Part shown: positions 35,215 to 44,009 of the stretch, in pieces
How the letters are laid out: each line of letters begins with the position of its first letter
Position numbering within the stretch: the stretch's first letter is position 1
Source of the DNA: Bacteroidales bacterium
GTDB lineage: Bacteria; Bacteroidota; Bacteroidia; Bacteroidales; UBA3663
Assembly (NCBI GenBank): GCA_045576355.1
Contig: JAZNGG010000047.1
Location: 3,519 to 67,518 of the forward strand
DNA length: 64,000 nt
Reading direction: 5' to 3'
Notes under the pieces: model-generated
Databases searched by the model: none
The model's input: the letters and a program-made list of their open reading frames with translations, nothing else
What the model was told of the DNA's origin: nothing
Translations under genes and position numbers: made by a program

Positions 35215-36870
35215 TTATCCCATCAACACGCGAGCATTCTCCATGGCTTGCTCTGTGAGCTGACTACCGCTCAACATACGGGCGATTTCCTCCACTCGAG
35301 CTGTAGTGTCTAAAAGAGTGAGGTGGGTAGTAGTAGCTTCCTCATCGTCAGCCTTATACACTTTATAATGTGTATCTCCTTTGCCTGCCACTTGTGGTAA
35401 GTGGGTGATGGTGATGACCTGTAGGGCTTTCGCCATCTCCTTCATCACTACCCCCATGCGATCTGCCATCTCTCCGCTTACACCTGTATCAATCTCATCA
35501 AAGATGATCGTGGGAAGAGTCTTGGCACTGGCTATGAGCGACTTGATGGCGAGCATCAGACGGCTGATCTCTCCTCCGGAGGCAATCTCTCCGGCAGGGC
35601 GGAGTGGCTGATTTTTATTGGCAGAAAAGAGGAAAGTGATGTCGTCCGCTCCGTGAGGAGTGAAGTCTGGTGTGGGAGAGATGCTGATTTCGAGGCGTAT
35701 TTTGGGCATCCCTAAATATGCTGCTTTTTCGATCAGTGCTTTTTCTAACTTGCGGGCAGCTCGGGTGCGACTTTCGGTCAATGATGCGGCACAAGTCCGG
35801 ATTTGTGATGTAAGATCGCTGATTATCCTCTCCAGTGCTGCAATCTCCTCGTCGTTGTTGTCGATGTGTTGTAATTTTTTGTCGAGTTCGTCGCGTAGCG
35901 ATATGAGTTCGCTAACCTCATGTTTGCCATGTTTTTTGAGCAGCATATAGAGAGTATCGAGTCGTTCGGTCACAGCCTCGTTGCGTTCGGGATCGAAATT
36001 TACATCGTCGGCTTTACCTGCTACTTCGTCTGCGATGTCTTTCAAGTCGATATAGTCACTCTCTAATCGGTCGGCAATTTCTCCTATCTCGGGAAGGAGA
36101 TGCTGCAGACTGTGCATGGTGTTCAGACTCTGTTTGAGACTTTGTATGACACTTTGTGTCGAACCATCCAGTAACTCAGAGACAGAGAGTAAGCCCCCTT
36201 TGATCTCTTCGGCATGACTGAGTAGAGTCTGCTCAGCTTCCAGTTCTTCTTGTTCTCCATCTTTCAGATGGGCAGCATCCAGTTGGTCAAACTGAAAGCG
36301 GAGATAATCTTGCTCACTTACGTTTTTGGCTGCCTCCTCTCGGAGTTGCTGCAGCTTGCGTTTCTCTTCGGAGAGACGTTTATATAGGTTATGGTATTGC
36401 TCTCGGATGTTGGCATTGTCGGCTAAAGTATCGACTACTTCCTGCTGAAACGAATCTTTTCCGAGCAGCAGATTTTGATGTTGGGAGTGTATGTCAATCA
36501 GCGATAGACCTAACTCTTTGAGCAGAGTGAGCTGCACCGGAGTATCGTTGATGAATGCACGAGACTTGCCGGAGGCATGAATCTCACGGCGGATGATGGT
36601 GGCAGCGGGATCATATTCGAGGTCGTTGCTCTCAAAAAAACTCTGCAACGCATATCGGGAGATGTCAAATGAAGCCTCTATGACACATTTATTTCGTCCG
36701 GTCCTGACGGTTTTGGCATCGGCTCGTCCTCCAAGGATCATGGAGAGTGCTCCCATGATGATGGATTTACCGGCACCGGTCTCTCCGGTGATGACGGTCA
36801 TCCCTTGTTTTACTTGTAGTTCCAGATGGTCTATGAGCGCGTAGTTATCGATTTGAAGAGATTGCAACAT
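35215..36870 (-). CDS. recN: DNA repair protein RecN
   Basis: 551 aa. Walker A GETGAGKS, long coiled coil, signature SGGEISRLMLA, Walker B IIFDEIDTG. Confidence 0.95.
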   Translation of the reverse strand: MLQSLQIDNYALIDHLELQVKQGMTVITGETGAGKSIIMGALSMILGGRADAKTVRTGRNKCVIEASFDISRYALQSFFESNDLEYDPAATIIRREIHASGKSRAFINDTPVQLTLLKELGLSLIDIHSQHQNLLLGKDSFQQEVVDTLADNANIREQYHNLYKRLSEEKRKLQQLREEAAKNVSEQDYLRFQFDQLDAAHLKDGEQEELEAEQTLLSHAEEIKGGLLSVSELLDGSTQSVIQSLKQSLNTMHSLQHLLPEIGEIADRLESDYIDLKDIADEVAGKADDVNFDPERNEAVTERLDTLYMLLKKHGKHEVSELISLRDELDKKLQHIDNNDEEIAALERIISDLTSQIRTCAASLTESRTRAARKLEKALIEKAAYLGMPKIRLEISISPTPDFTPHGADDITFLFSANKNQPLRPAGEIASGGEISRLMLAIKSLIASAKTLPTIIFDEIDTGVSGEMADRMGVVMKEMAKALQVITITHLPQVAGKGDTHYKVYKADDEEATTTHLTLLDTTARVEEIARMLSGSQLTEQAMENARVLMG

Positions 36871-36924
36871 GGGAGGAGAATATGATCTTGTCCGATTATA
36901 GAACTTGTTTATAAAATAATCACC

Positions 36925-37854
36925 TTATTTTTTCGTCGGTTTTTTCTTGATGTCGTTCAACCTATTGGTGTATGAGGGGAAGATGTCGCGCATCAGGTCA
37001 AACATCTCTGTCTTTTCTGTCTGTGGTGCTTTAGAATAGATATTGACAATCTCATCCAGCTTGGCATCGATGAAGAGAGTCAGCAGGACACTCTGTGGCG
37101 ATGTGCTTTTGACATTTTTGAGCAAAGGGCATGCTTTAGCCACTTCACTGCGACCGCGATCGACACTTTGGTGCATGGCATCGAGTCCTCGCCGGTGGTA
37201 GTCGTACCAAAGCTGGCGATAGTCTGCATGACTTTCTGCCAAGAGATCTGTGATGATGGCATGGCGATTACGCTTGCTGTCAAACGCTTTCCATCCTTTG
37301 TTTTCGGAACTTTGCATCTGGCTGACAATGTTTTCCGCTTTGCGGAGAAATGCCTCTCCTCCTTTAGGGGAGAAACTGTCGAAATCGACACCAAGAATGA
37401 GGTAGATGTAATAGACAACAACGGCAACCAACTCGCTCTCAGAAGGGTTGAACTCATTGAAATTGAGCGTTTGTCCCTCAGTGAACTCAAATGACACATC
37501 TCCATCCTGCAGGTTGAGCAGTGGGGAGAAGTAGTTGCTGTTATAGACCGGTCTCCGGCTCTGTATGGTGAGTGATGCCTGATAGTGGTCTGTCGATGGG
37601 ATGGAGTTGATGATGAATGCGAAAGTGCATTGGATCTTCTCTACGTTGGTAAACTGAGCTTCTGACCACGCTCGGTTATTGATAAACTCCGTAAGGTCGT
37701 TTTGCAGCGTTTCGAAACGCTCTTGATAGGCAGTTTCGATCTGCTGGGCATTGATCGTAACTGTTGCTTCCAGTTCTTGTGCTGCAACATTCATATTGGA
37801 GAAGAGTGTCACAGTAAGTATGTACAAAAGGGTCAATAGGGTGTTTCGAAACAT
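36925..37854 (-). CDS. DUF4835-like secreted protein (conserved Bacteroidota neighbour of recN)
   Basis: 309 aa. Signal peptide, then AQELEATVTINAQQIE... The family assignment is from memory of its architecture and synteny, not from a search. Confidence 0.6.
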   Translation of the reverse strand: MFRNTLLTLLYILTVTLFSNMNVAAQELEATVTINAQQIETAYQERFETLQNDLTEFINNRAWSEAQFTNVEKIQCTFAFIINSIPSTDHYQASLTIQSRRPVYNSNYFSPLLNLQDGDVSFEFTEGQTLNFNEFNPSESELVAVVVYYIYLILGVDFDSFSPKGGEAFLRKAENIVSQMQSSENKGWKAFDSKRNRHAIITDLLAESHADYRQLWYDYHRRGLDAMHQSVDRGRSEVAKACPLLKNVKSTSPQSVLLTLFIDAKLDEIVNIYSKAPQTEKTEMFDLMRDIFPSYTNRLNDIKKKPTKK

Positions 37855-37881
37855 GCTTTATGTCTTTTTGGGGTGAGGAGA

Positions 37882-38652
37882 TTATTTTCCCTGCATCATA
37901 GAGAGCCTGATCTTGGTGATGACTTTTTTAGTGCTAAGTGCAAATTTTCCCTGCATCATCCAGCTGAAATATCCGGGATCACGACGGAGAACATCTCTGA
38001 CAGCTTCGCCTTTATACTTGCCGAAATTGAAGACTTCGATGTCCTTTTCGTTATAGACAAAAGCTCCACAAGGATCTACGTTGCGACTCATTCTGCTATA
38101 TTCGGCAAGGAATGTTATATCGTTTTGCAGATCCGGATAACGATCTAATTGGGCTTGGAGCACTTCATAGGTGGCAAGAGTGTCGGCATTGGCATCGTGT
38201 GCCCCTTCCAGATTCTTATTGCAGTAAAAGAGGTAGGCTGCTGATAAGGTGCGTTGCTCCTTTTTATGGAAGATGTTTTGTACGTCGATAAATTTGCGAT
38301 TATTGATGTCGAAGTCGATGCCGGCTCGCAGCATCTCTTCGACCAGCAGCGGAACGTCGAAACGATTACTGTTATATCCACCGAAATCACAGCCCTCCAT
38401 TTCTGTTGCGATCTTTTGTGCAACTTGCTTGAAAGTCGGTTTGTCTGCTACATCTGCATCTGTGATGTGATGGATAGCCGTTGCCTGCGGTGGAATGGGC
38501 ATTTCAGGATTGATAAATAGAGTGCGGCTGATCTCCTCTCCGGAGGGCATTACCTTAAGATAACAGATTTGTACGATGCGGTCGGTAGCAACGTTGGTCC
38601 CGGTTGTCTCTAAGTCAAAAAATATGATGGGTCTTTTGAGTTGTAATTTCAT
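37882..38652 (-). CDS. DEDDh 3'-5' exonuclease (DnaQ/epsilon-like)
   Basis: 256 aa. Exo I IFFDLETTG, Exo II GYNSNRFDVPLL, Exo III HDANADT. Confidence 0.85.
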   Translation of the reverse strand: MKLQLKRPIIFFDLETTGTNVATDRIVQICYLKVMPSGEEISRTLFINPEMPIPPQATAIHHITDADVADKPTFKQVAQKIATEMEGCDFGGYNSNRFDVPLLVEEMLRAGIDFDINNRKFIDVQNIFHKKEQRTLSAAYLFYCNKNLEGAHDANADTLATYEVLQAQLDRYPDLQNDITFLAEYSRMSRNVDPCGAFVYNEKDIEVFNFGKYKGEAVRDVLRRDPGYFSWMMQGKFALSTKKVITKIRLSMMQGK

Positions 38653-38794
38653 AATCAGTCAAATATCTTTCTTGGATAGAAATGGCTGTCAGTAAGAATT
38701 TTATACGGATTACAAGCGCCTTATGGGGATCCGATGGGAAGCCTTGGGACGTCTGTAATCCGTGTGTATGATCCTGATAAAGGATGTGTGCTGT

Positions 38795-39925
38795 TTAGAA
38801 TTGCTCCAAACGGATCGGCATCTGCAGCATCAGCAGGTCTTCTCCCTCTTCGTTTTCTACCGGTACGATGAGCGCTGCGCGGTAGGGGTCAGAGAGCTGG
38901 ATCTCAACCTCCTGAGAATTGATGTTGTTGAGGATCTCTGCCAGGTGGCTGGCGCTGAATCCTATTTGCATCGGCTTGCCTTCATAGTTGCACTCGATGG
39001 TTTCCTCTGCGAGACGAGAGTAGTCGATGTCCTGAGCGGAGACTACCATACGATCGATTTCGATGTCGAGTTTGACAATGCTGGTTGAGTCGTTGCAGAA
39101 GAAAGAGACACGGCGCAAAAGGTTGATAAACAACTGGCGATCCAAAATGAACTTATTGATGTTGTTTTTGGGGATTACTGCTTCGTATGGGGGGAAGCGG
39201 CCTTCGATCAGGCGACAAGAAAGCTCATAATCCTCAAATGTGATGTAGGCATTTTTAGTATCGAAAGCGATGGTAACATCACCCATCTCCTTGTTAAGCG
39301 TGCTCTTAAGCATGAGAGCCGGTTTTTTGGGGAGGATGAACGAATCAACGAAGCCGGCTTTTATTGTGCTGTTATGGAGTCGAACCAGCTTTTTGGTGTC
39401 TGTGGAGACAAATACCAATCCGTCCTCTTTGAAGTCAAAATAGATACCGGTCATCTGTGCACGCAGATTGTCACTGTATGTGGCAAAAGAGGTGCAGTTG
39501 ATGCCGCTGAGTAAAACAGATGCCGGGATGGTTACTTGTTTAACTTCTTCTTCTTTAAGTGTCGGTTTGGAGGGGTATTCGTTGGCATTGTTGCCTATCA
39601 TGTTATACTTGCCATTCGGGAAGAGGATGAAAATCTCAAGGTTTTCATCGTTGATCTGGAAAGTAAGGAGTTGCTGCGGAAATTCCTTAAGGGAACCAAG
39701 CAGGACTTTGGCTGTAACGGCAAAAGAGCCTTTTCCTTCGACATTGGAAATGGCTACTGATGTTACCATGGTTGTCTCTCCGTCTGAGGCAGTTAAGGTG
39801 AGTTTCTCGTCTTCCACTTGAAATAAGAAACAGTCAAATATGGGCATTGTGTTCTTAGAATTGAGCACACGCCCGATCGTTTGCAAGTGGTTTAACAAAT
39901 CTGAACTGAGAACTTCAAATTTCAT
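38795..39925 (-). CDS. dnaN: DNA polymerase III beta subunit (sliding clamp)
   Basis: 376 aa. Starts MKFEVLSSDLLNHLQTIGRVLNSKNTMPIFDCFLF. Length is consistent with a three-domain clamp. Ends MLQMPIRL. Confidence 0.9.
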   Translation of the reverse strand: MKFEVLSSDLLNHLQTIGRVLNSKNTMPIFDCFLFQVEDEKLTLTASDGETTMVTSVAISNVEGKGSFAVTAKVLLGSLKEFPQQLLTFQINDENLEIFILFPNGKYNMIGNNANEYPSKPTLKEEEVKQVTIPASVLLSGINCTSFATYSDNLRAQMTGIYFDFKEDGLVFVSTDTKKLVRLHNSTIKAGFVDSFILPKKPALMLKSTLNKEMGDVTIAFDTKNAYITFEDYELSCRLIEGRFPPYEAVIPKNNINKFILDRQLFINLLRRVSFFCNDSTSIVKLDIEIDRMVVSAQDIDYSRLAEETIECNYEGKPMQIGFSASHLAEILNNINSQEVEIQLSDPYRAALIVPVENEEGEDLLMLQMPIRLEQF

Positions 39926-39993
39926 AATTATACATTTTAAGATTAGTTTCTATTTTCAGGGTGCAGTAATAACTTGTTTTTTACCACACAAAT

Positions 39994-40048
39994 ATGGGAC
40001 AAATATATGCAGATTTCACTGAATCGGCAAATATTTGTCCCATTTTTT
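39994..40048. terminator. 13-bp hairpin between pepD and dnaN (terminator-like in both directions)
   Basis: atgggacaaatat (39994-40006) pairs with atatttgtcccat (40031-40043), then a T-run to 40048. The left arm contains caaatata (40000-40007), which is a minus-strand TAtaTTTG box for dnaN. Confidence 0.6.
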
Positions 40049-40071
40049 CTAACTAATCACTTGAAAAAGTA

Positions 40072-41511
40072 TCAGCAACGGCTCAACACCTCTTTGAGGA
40101 AATTCCAGAATCGTCCGACAGAGGGGATGAAGAGACGTTCGTCAGGAGAATGTACACCTCTCATCGTTGGGCCAATACTTACCATGTCCATATCCGGATA
40201 TTTGGTGAGGAAAAGACCACATTCCAAACCGGCATGGATCGCCATGATCTCGGGTTCTTCTTTAAAGAGATCCCGATATGCGCTCTGGCAAACTTTCATG
40301 ATGGGGGATTGTGTGTTGGGTTTCCATCCGGGATAGCTGCTGCGGTGACAAACTTCAGCTCCAGCCAACTTGAAGACGGTCTCAACAGTGTTGGCAATAT
40401 CGATCTTCTCACTTTCGACAGAACTGCGCTGACTGGTCTCCACGTTGATTACACCCGGTTCGGGCATCTTGACAGAAGCAAGGTTGGTAGAGGTTTCTAC
40501 CAAGCCCGGCATCGAACGGCTCATGCCTACCACTCCGTGAGGACAAGCCTGCAATGCCTGCAAAAGTTGATGGGCTACGATTGTCTCGATGATGGTCTCC
40601 GGAGTATCCACAGACTCGATGGTCATCTTGAAACCTTTTTCGATGTCTCCTACTTCTCCCTCGATGGTGGCAATCAGACGATTGAGTGTGCACATCATGT
40701 CATCACGTTGTGCTGCCGGAATACCGAAGGTGGCAACCGCTTCACGGGCAATGGCATTGCGGAGATTACCACCCTGAATGGAGGCAATGACTGCATCCGG
40801 GAGGGAGAGGAGGAAACGGGTCAGGATCTTGTTGGCATTGGCATGACCTAAATGAATGTCGCCTCCGGAGTGTCCACCGAGCAAACCACTCACTTTAACC
40901 TCAGCATAGTAGAGGTTTTTGGGGGCAGGTGATGGGGTGTAACGGAAAGTGGCCAATGTGTCCATGCCACCGGCACAACCGATGAAGATCTGATTTTCAT
41001 CTTCTGAGTCTAAGTTGATCAGCGTCTTGCCGGTCATAAATCCGGCTTCCAAAGCATTGGCTCCGCTCATGCCGGTCTCTTCATCATAAGTGAAGAGGGC
41101 TTCGAGTGGTCCATGTTCATAAGTGTCATCGATCAAGGCCGCCAAAGAGAGGGCTACGCCGATGCCGTTATCTGCGCCGAGTGTTGTGCCACGAGCTTTG
41201 CACCAATCGTCATCGATGTAGGTTTCGATCGGGTCGTTGTCAAAATCGTGGGTGATGTCACTGTTTTTCTCGCATACCATATCAATATGTCCCTGCATGA
41301 CGATGGTCTGACAATTTTCACGACCGGGTGTTGCTGGTTTACGCATCAATACGTTGCCGGTGGTATCCACATGACACTCCAAACTGTGTTTTTGGGCGAA
41401 GTCGATGAGCCACTGACGAATCTTTTCTTCTTTTTTGCTCGGACGAGGCACTTGAGTGATCTCGTCAAAGATGCTCCAGACAATTTCCGGAGAGAGGTTT
41501 TTGATTTCCAT
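40072..41511 (-). CDS. pepD: Aminoacyl-histidine (Xaa-His) dipeptidase, M20 family
   Basis: 479 aa. Motifs GHIDMV, GADNGIG, DEETGMSGA, and C-terminal HSPDERL. Confidence 0.9.
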   Translation of the reverse strand: MEIKNLSPEIVWSIFDEITQVPRPSKKEEKIRQWLIDFAQKHSLECHVDTTGNVLMRKPATPGRENCQTIVMQGHIDMVCEKNSDITHDFDNDPIETYIDDDWCKARGTTLGADNGIGVALSLAALIDDTYEHGPLEALFTYDEETGMSGANALEAGFMTGKTLINLDSEDENQIFIGCAGGMDTLATFRYTPSPAPKNLYYAEVKVSGLLGGHSGGDIHLGHANANKILTRFLLSLPDAVIASIQGGNLRNAIAREAVATFGIPAAQRDDMMCTLNRLIATIEGEVGDIEKGFKMTIESVDTPETIIETIVAHQLLQALQACPHGVVGMSRSMPGLVETSTNLASVKMPEPGVINVETSQRSSVESEKIDIANTVETVFKLAGAEVCHRSSYPGWKPNTQSPIMKVCQSAYRDLFKEEPEIMAIHAGLECGLFLTKYPDMDMVSIGPTMRGVHSPDERLFIPSVGRFWNFLKEVLSRC

Positions 41512-41609
41512 GATGAAGTTGAAATATTTAAAAAGGTTAAATATATGTCTGTTTGCTGTCGTTTTCTTAAATCTTAAGATGACGCATCGTCAATCTGTAG
41601 AGATAAGTT

Positions 41610-41672
41610 TATATTTGCAGCTACGAATACCTAATATATTTTCGCACAATAATAAATTTTTTATTATCTTTG
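41610..41672 (+). promoter_or_regulatory. Two tandem -7 boxes (TAtaTTTG at 41610-41617, TAtcTTTG at 41665-41672)
   Basis: Both lie on the plus strand upstream of the small ORF and ompH. Confidence 0.5.
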
Positions 41673-41723
41673 CAGCGAAAATTCAGCGAAGATTACATAT
41701 TCGGCGTAGCAAAAATAGTCATT

Positions 41724-41945
41724 ATGTGGTTAACTTTAGTATTTTCGATCATAATTCTGATAATATCTTTTGTTTTTTTAGCAATTAAGATGTTATTTTC
41801 GAAAAAAGGAACCTTTCCCAAGACTCATGTGAGCCAAAACAAGGCATTGCGAGATCGGGGGATTACTTGTGTACAGACACAAGATTTCGAGGAGCGGAAT
41901 CGAGAGGGGCTTTATGGTAAAAACAATCACACTTCTCGCCGTTGA
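41724..41945 (+). CDS. Small single-pass membrane protein (hypothetical)
   Basis: 73 aa counted from ATG 41724, downstream of the -7 box. The track ORF's TTG start at 41670 lies inside that -7 box. MWLTLVFSIIILIISFVFLAIKMLF is a TM helix, followed by a polar tail KKGTFPKTHVSQNKALRDRGITCVQTQD. Confidence 0.4.
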   Translation: MWLTLVFSIIILIISFVFLAIKMLFSKKGTFPKTHVSQNKALRDRGITCVQTQDFEERNREGLYGKNNHTSRR

Positions 41946-41993
41946 AGATAAGAAACGTTTAACGACAAAATATAATTGAATCATATAATTATT

Positions 41994-42605
41994 ATGAAAA
42001 AACATTTTTCCTTAGTTTCAGCCTTTTTGGGCTTGTCTTGTGTTGCCCTTATCGGGTTTACATCTTGTGGCGAGAAAAAAAGTCAGATGCCGGTTCAGTC
42101 TTGTGCAATGTCTGCCATGACAGATTCTTGCCGTTTGCCTGTGGCATATATCAATGTGGACTCTTTGCTTTTAAATTATGATTTTGCAAAAGATCTTAAT
42201 GAGGAGTTGATTACCAAAATGGAGGATGCTCGGACCAAACTTAACAGCAAGGCTCAGGCATTTGAGAAAGATTATGCCAATTTCCAGAAAAAGTTACAGA
42301 GCAATGGTTTCCTTTCCGAAGAACGAGCTCGCCAGGCAGCTGCTGCTTTGGAGAAAAAGAAAGTTGAACTTGATGAACTCAATGCAAAACTTCAGCAGGA
42401 GATGGCTCAGGAGCAGGCTCAGATGAATATCCGTCTTAACGACACTGTACGTGGTTATTTGAAAGAGTATAACGCTGACCGCAAGTTTGAGTTGATTTTC
42501 TCTAACTCTATGTATGACAATATCCTCATCGACTTCCCCAAATATGACATTACAGCAGAAGTGTTAGAGGGTCTTAATGCACGTTACGCTGCAACCAAGA
42601 AATAA
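41994..42605 (+). CDS. OmpH/Skp-family periplasmic chaperone (lipoprotein form)
   Basis: Start placed at ATG 41994 (MKKHFSLVSAFLGLSCVALIGFTSC); the track start at 41976 is TTG. Coiled-coil-rich body (QKKLQ...ELDELNAKLQQEMAQEQ). Confidence 0.8.
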   Translation: MKKHFSLVSAFLGLSCVALIGFTSCGEKKSQMPVQSCAMSAMTDSCRLPVAYINVDSLLLNYDFAKDLNEELITKMEDARTKLNSKAQAFEKDYANFQKKLQSNGFLSEERARQAAAALEKKKVELDELNAKLQQEMAQEQAQMNIRLNDTVRGYLKEYNADRKFELIFSNSMYDNILIDFPKYDITAEVLEGLNARYAATKK

Positions 42606-42644
42606 ACATAGTTTAGACATATTCACAAGGACATTTTATAAAGC

Positions 42645-42682
42645 ACGATGGTGGGTCGATTGACTCACCATCGTCATTTTTT
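42645..42682 (+). terminator. Rho-independent terminator
   Basis: acgatggtgggtc (42645-42657), loop gatt, gactcaccatcgt (42662-42674) with one G-U pair, then catttttt. Confidence 0.85.
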
Positions 42683-42695
42683 ACTCTACTAAAAA

Positions 42696-42827
42696 ACACA
42701 GCGTGCTGTGTCCCCTGACGGAGCACGCTGTGTCAGCCTTCATAGCGCACTGCGTTGCCCTACACAGCGTGCTGTGTTTGCTTGTTCAGCGCACTGCGTT
42801 CAGAGTGCTGCGCCCTACTCTGGCGAT
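42696..42827 (+). repeat. Degenerate 22-bp-period array, about 6 units (e.g. acacagcgtgctgtgtcccctg)
   Basis: Units start at 42696, 42718, 42740, 42762, 42784 and 42806. The cores cacagcgtgctgtg and agcgcactgcgt alternate. An atggca microrepeat follows (42828-42860). Confidence 0.8.
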
Positions 42828-42918
42828 GGCTATGGCAGATGGCAATGGCAATGGCTTGGAACTAGGATTAACAAACGAATTTTTGAGAGAAAAATGTTCG
42901 TGAGAGGAGCTATTTTTG

Positions 42919-42926
42919 TACCTTTG
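42919..42926 (+). promoter_or_regulatory. -7 box TAccTTTG for the EamA gene
   Basis: tacctttg lies 35 bp upstream of ATG 42961. Confidence 0.6.
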
Positions 42927-42960
42927 CACACGCAAAAGTAACAATAATCATCATAGATTT

Positions 42961-43878
42961 ATGAATAAAGCGAAGATAAGTATATTCCAGCGACCAGTTT
43001 GGGTAGTGGTGTTTGCCCTTACGGCAGCGATGGCTTGGGGATGGGCATATCCTCTTATCAAATTGGGATTCGGCGCTTTCGGGATAACCCAGGAGATGAC
43101 CGGCAGTAAAATGCTTTTTGCCGGTATAAGGTTTGCCATTTCGGGATTGATCATTTTAGCCATAGCAGGGTGCTCCCGACGAAATTTTACCGTTGCTAAG
43201 CCACGTAATTGGTGGTATATACTCCTTTTTGCGTTGCTCAATACCACCCTGCATTATGCCTGTTTCTATATAGGTCTTTCTCATAGCGAGGGGGCTCGTG
43301 CCGCTATCCTTAATTCTATGGGAGTCTTTTTATTAGTGCTTATGGCTTGTCTCTTTTTCAAAAGTGATAAACTGACAGGGCGGAAAATAATGGGGTGTAT
43401 CATTGGCTTTGTCGGTATTCTCGCACTTAATATTGGAGGAGGCGAGAGTGGCCAGTTTACATTATTAGGAGACGGAATGATTATCCTCAATGCCCTATGT
43501 TCTGCCTTTGCAGGATTGATGACACGCGGTTTGCGAACACGAGTGGATGTATTTGTGGGGACGGGGTATAGTTTGGCTATAGGAGGGGTGTTATTGGTCG
43601 TTCCCGGTTTGATAATGGGTGGAACTTTGCCGTGGATTACTTCTGTCGGTGTGTTGATTTTAGGATTGCTTATCTGTATCTCAACATTAGGCTTTGCGCT
43701 TTATAACAAACTATTGAGTTGTAATCCGGTCGGTAAGGTGGCAATTTTCAATTCGCTTATCCCTGTCGTAGGAGCTTTAACTTCTTGTCTTTGTCTTAAT
43801 GAGCCTTTTTATTGGAAGTACCTCCTGGCCGCAGTCCTGGCTACACTCGGTATCTATATCATTAATAAAGGGAAATAA
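42961..43878 (+). CDS. EamA/DMT-family transporter
   Basis: Start placed at ATG 42961, because the track start at 42916 lies upstream of the -7 box. About 10 TM helices in two EamA-like halves. Confidence 0.8.
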   Translation: MNKAKISIFQRPVWVVVFALTAAMAWGWAYPLIKLGFGAFGITQEMTGSKMLFAGIRFAISGLIILAIAGCSRRNFTVAKPRNWWYILLFALLNTTLHYACFYIGLSHSEGARAAILNSMGVFLLVLMACLFFKSDKLTGRKIMGCIIGFVGILALNIGGGESGQFTLLGDGMIILNALCSAFAGLMTRGLRTRVDVFVGTGYSLAIGGVLLVVPGLIMGGTLPWITSVGVLILGLLICISTLGFALYNKLLSCNPVGKVAIFNSLIPVVGALTSCLCLNEPFYWKYLLAAVLATLGIYIINKGK

Positions 43879-43903
43879 TACGTTGTTATTATTATATAAA
43901 AAA

Positions 43904-43957
43904 CGTCCATAAGAGAACTTGCTTTAGCAAAAGTAACTCTTATGGACGATAATTTTT
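43904..43957. terminator. Bidirectional terminator between convergent EamA and oadB
   Basis: cgtccataagag (43904-43915) pairs with ctcttatggacg (43937-43948). There is an A-run before it and ataattttt after it. Confidence 0.8.
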
Positions 43958-44009
43958 GTTGTAAACAATGTTCGTATGTTGTTATTCTATATCGAACATA
44001 ATCTGATCA

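Noticed and set aside
37873-38520. Plus-strand ORFs (91, 73 and 88 aa) and the minus-strand out-of-frame ORF at 38145-38423.
   Set aside because: They overlap the DEDDh exonuclease gene, which carries all three Exo motifs.
38653-40071. Chromosomal replication origin next to dnaN.
   Set aside because: The flanking spacers are short (142 and 146 bp) and I see no cluster of DnaA-box-like TTATCCACA/TGTGGATAA sequences. No dnaA gene is adjacent.
40150-41577. Plus-strand ORFs of 233 aa (40150-40851) and 154 aa (41113-41577).
   Set aside because: Both are antisense to pepD, which has all the M20 motifs.
42916-42960. Track start of the EamA ORF (MYLCTRKSNNNHHRF...). Likewise the TTG starts at 41976 (ompH) and 41670 (small ORF).
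   Set aside because: These starts lie upstream of, or inside, the TAnnTTTG -7 boxes that should precede the transcript start. In-frame downstream ATGs give sensible N-termini.
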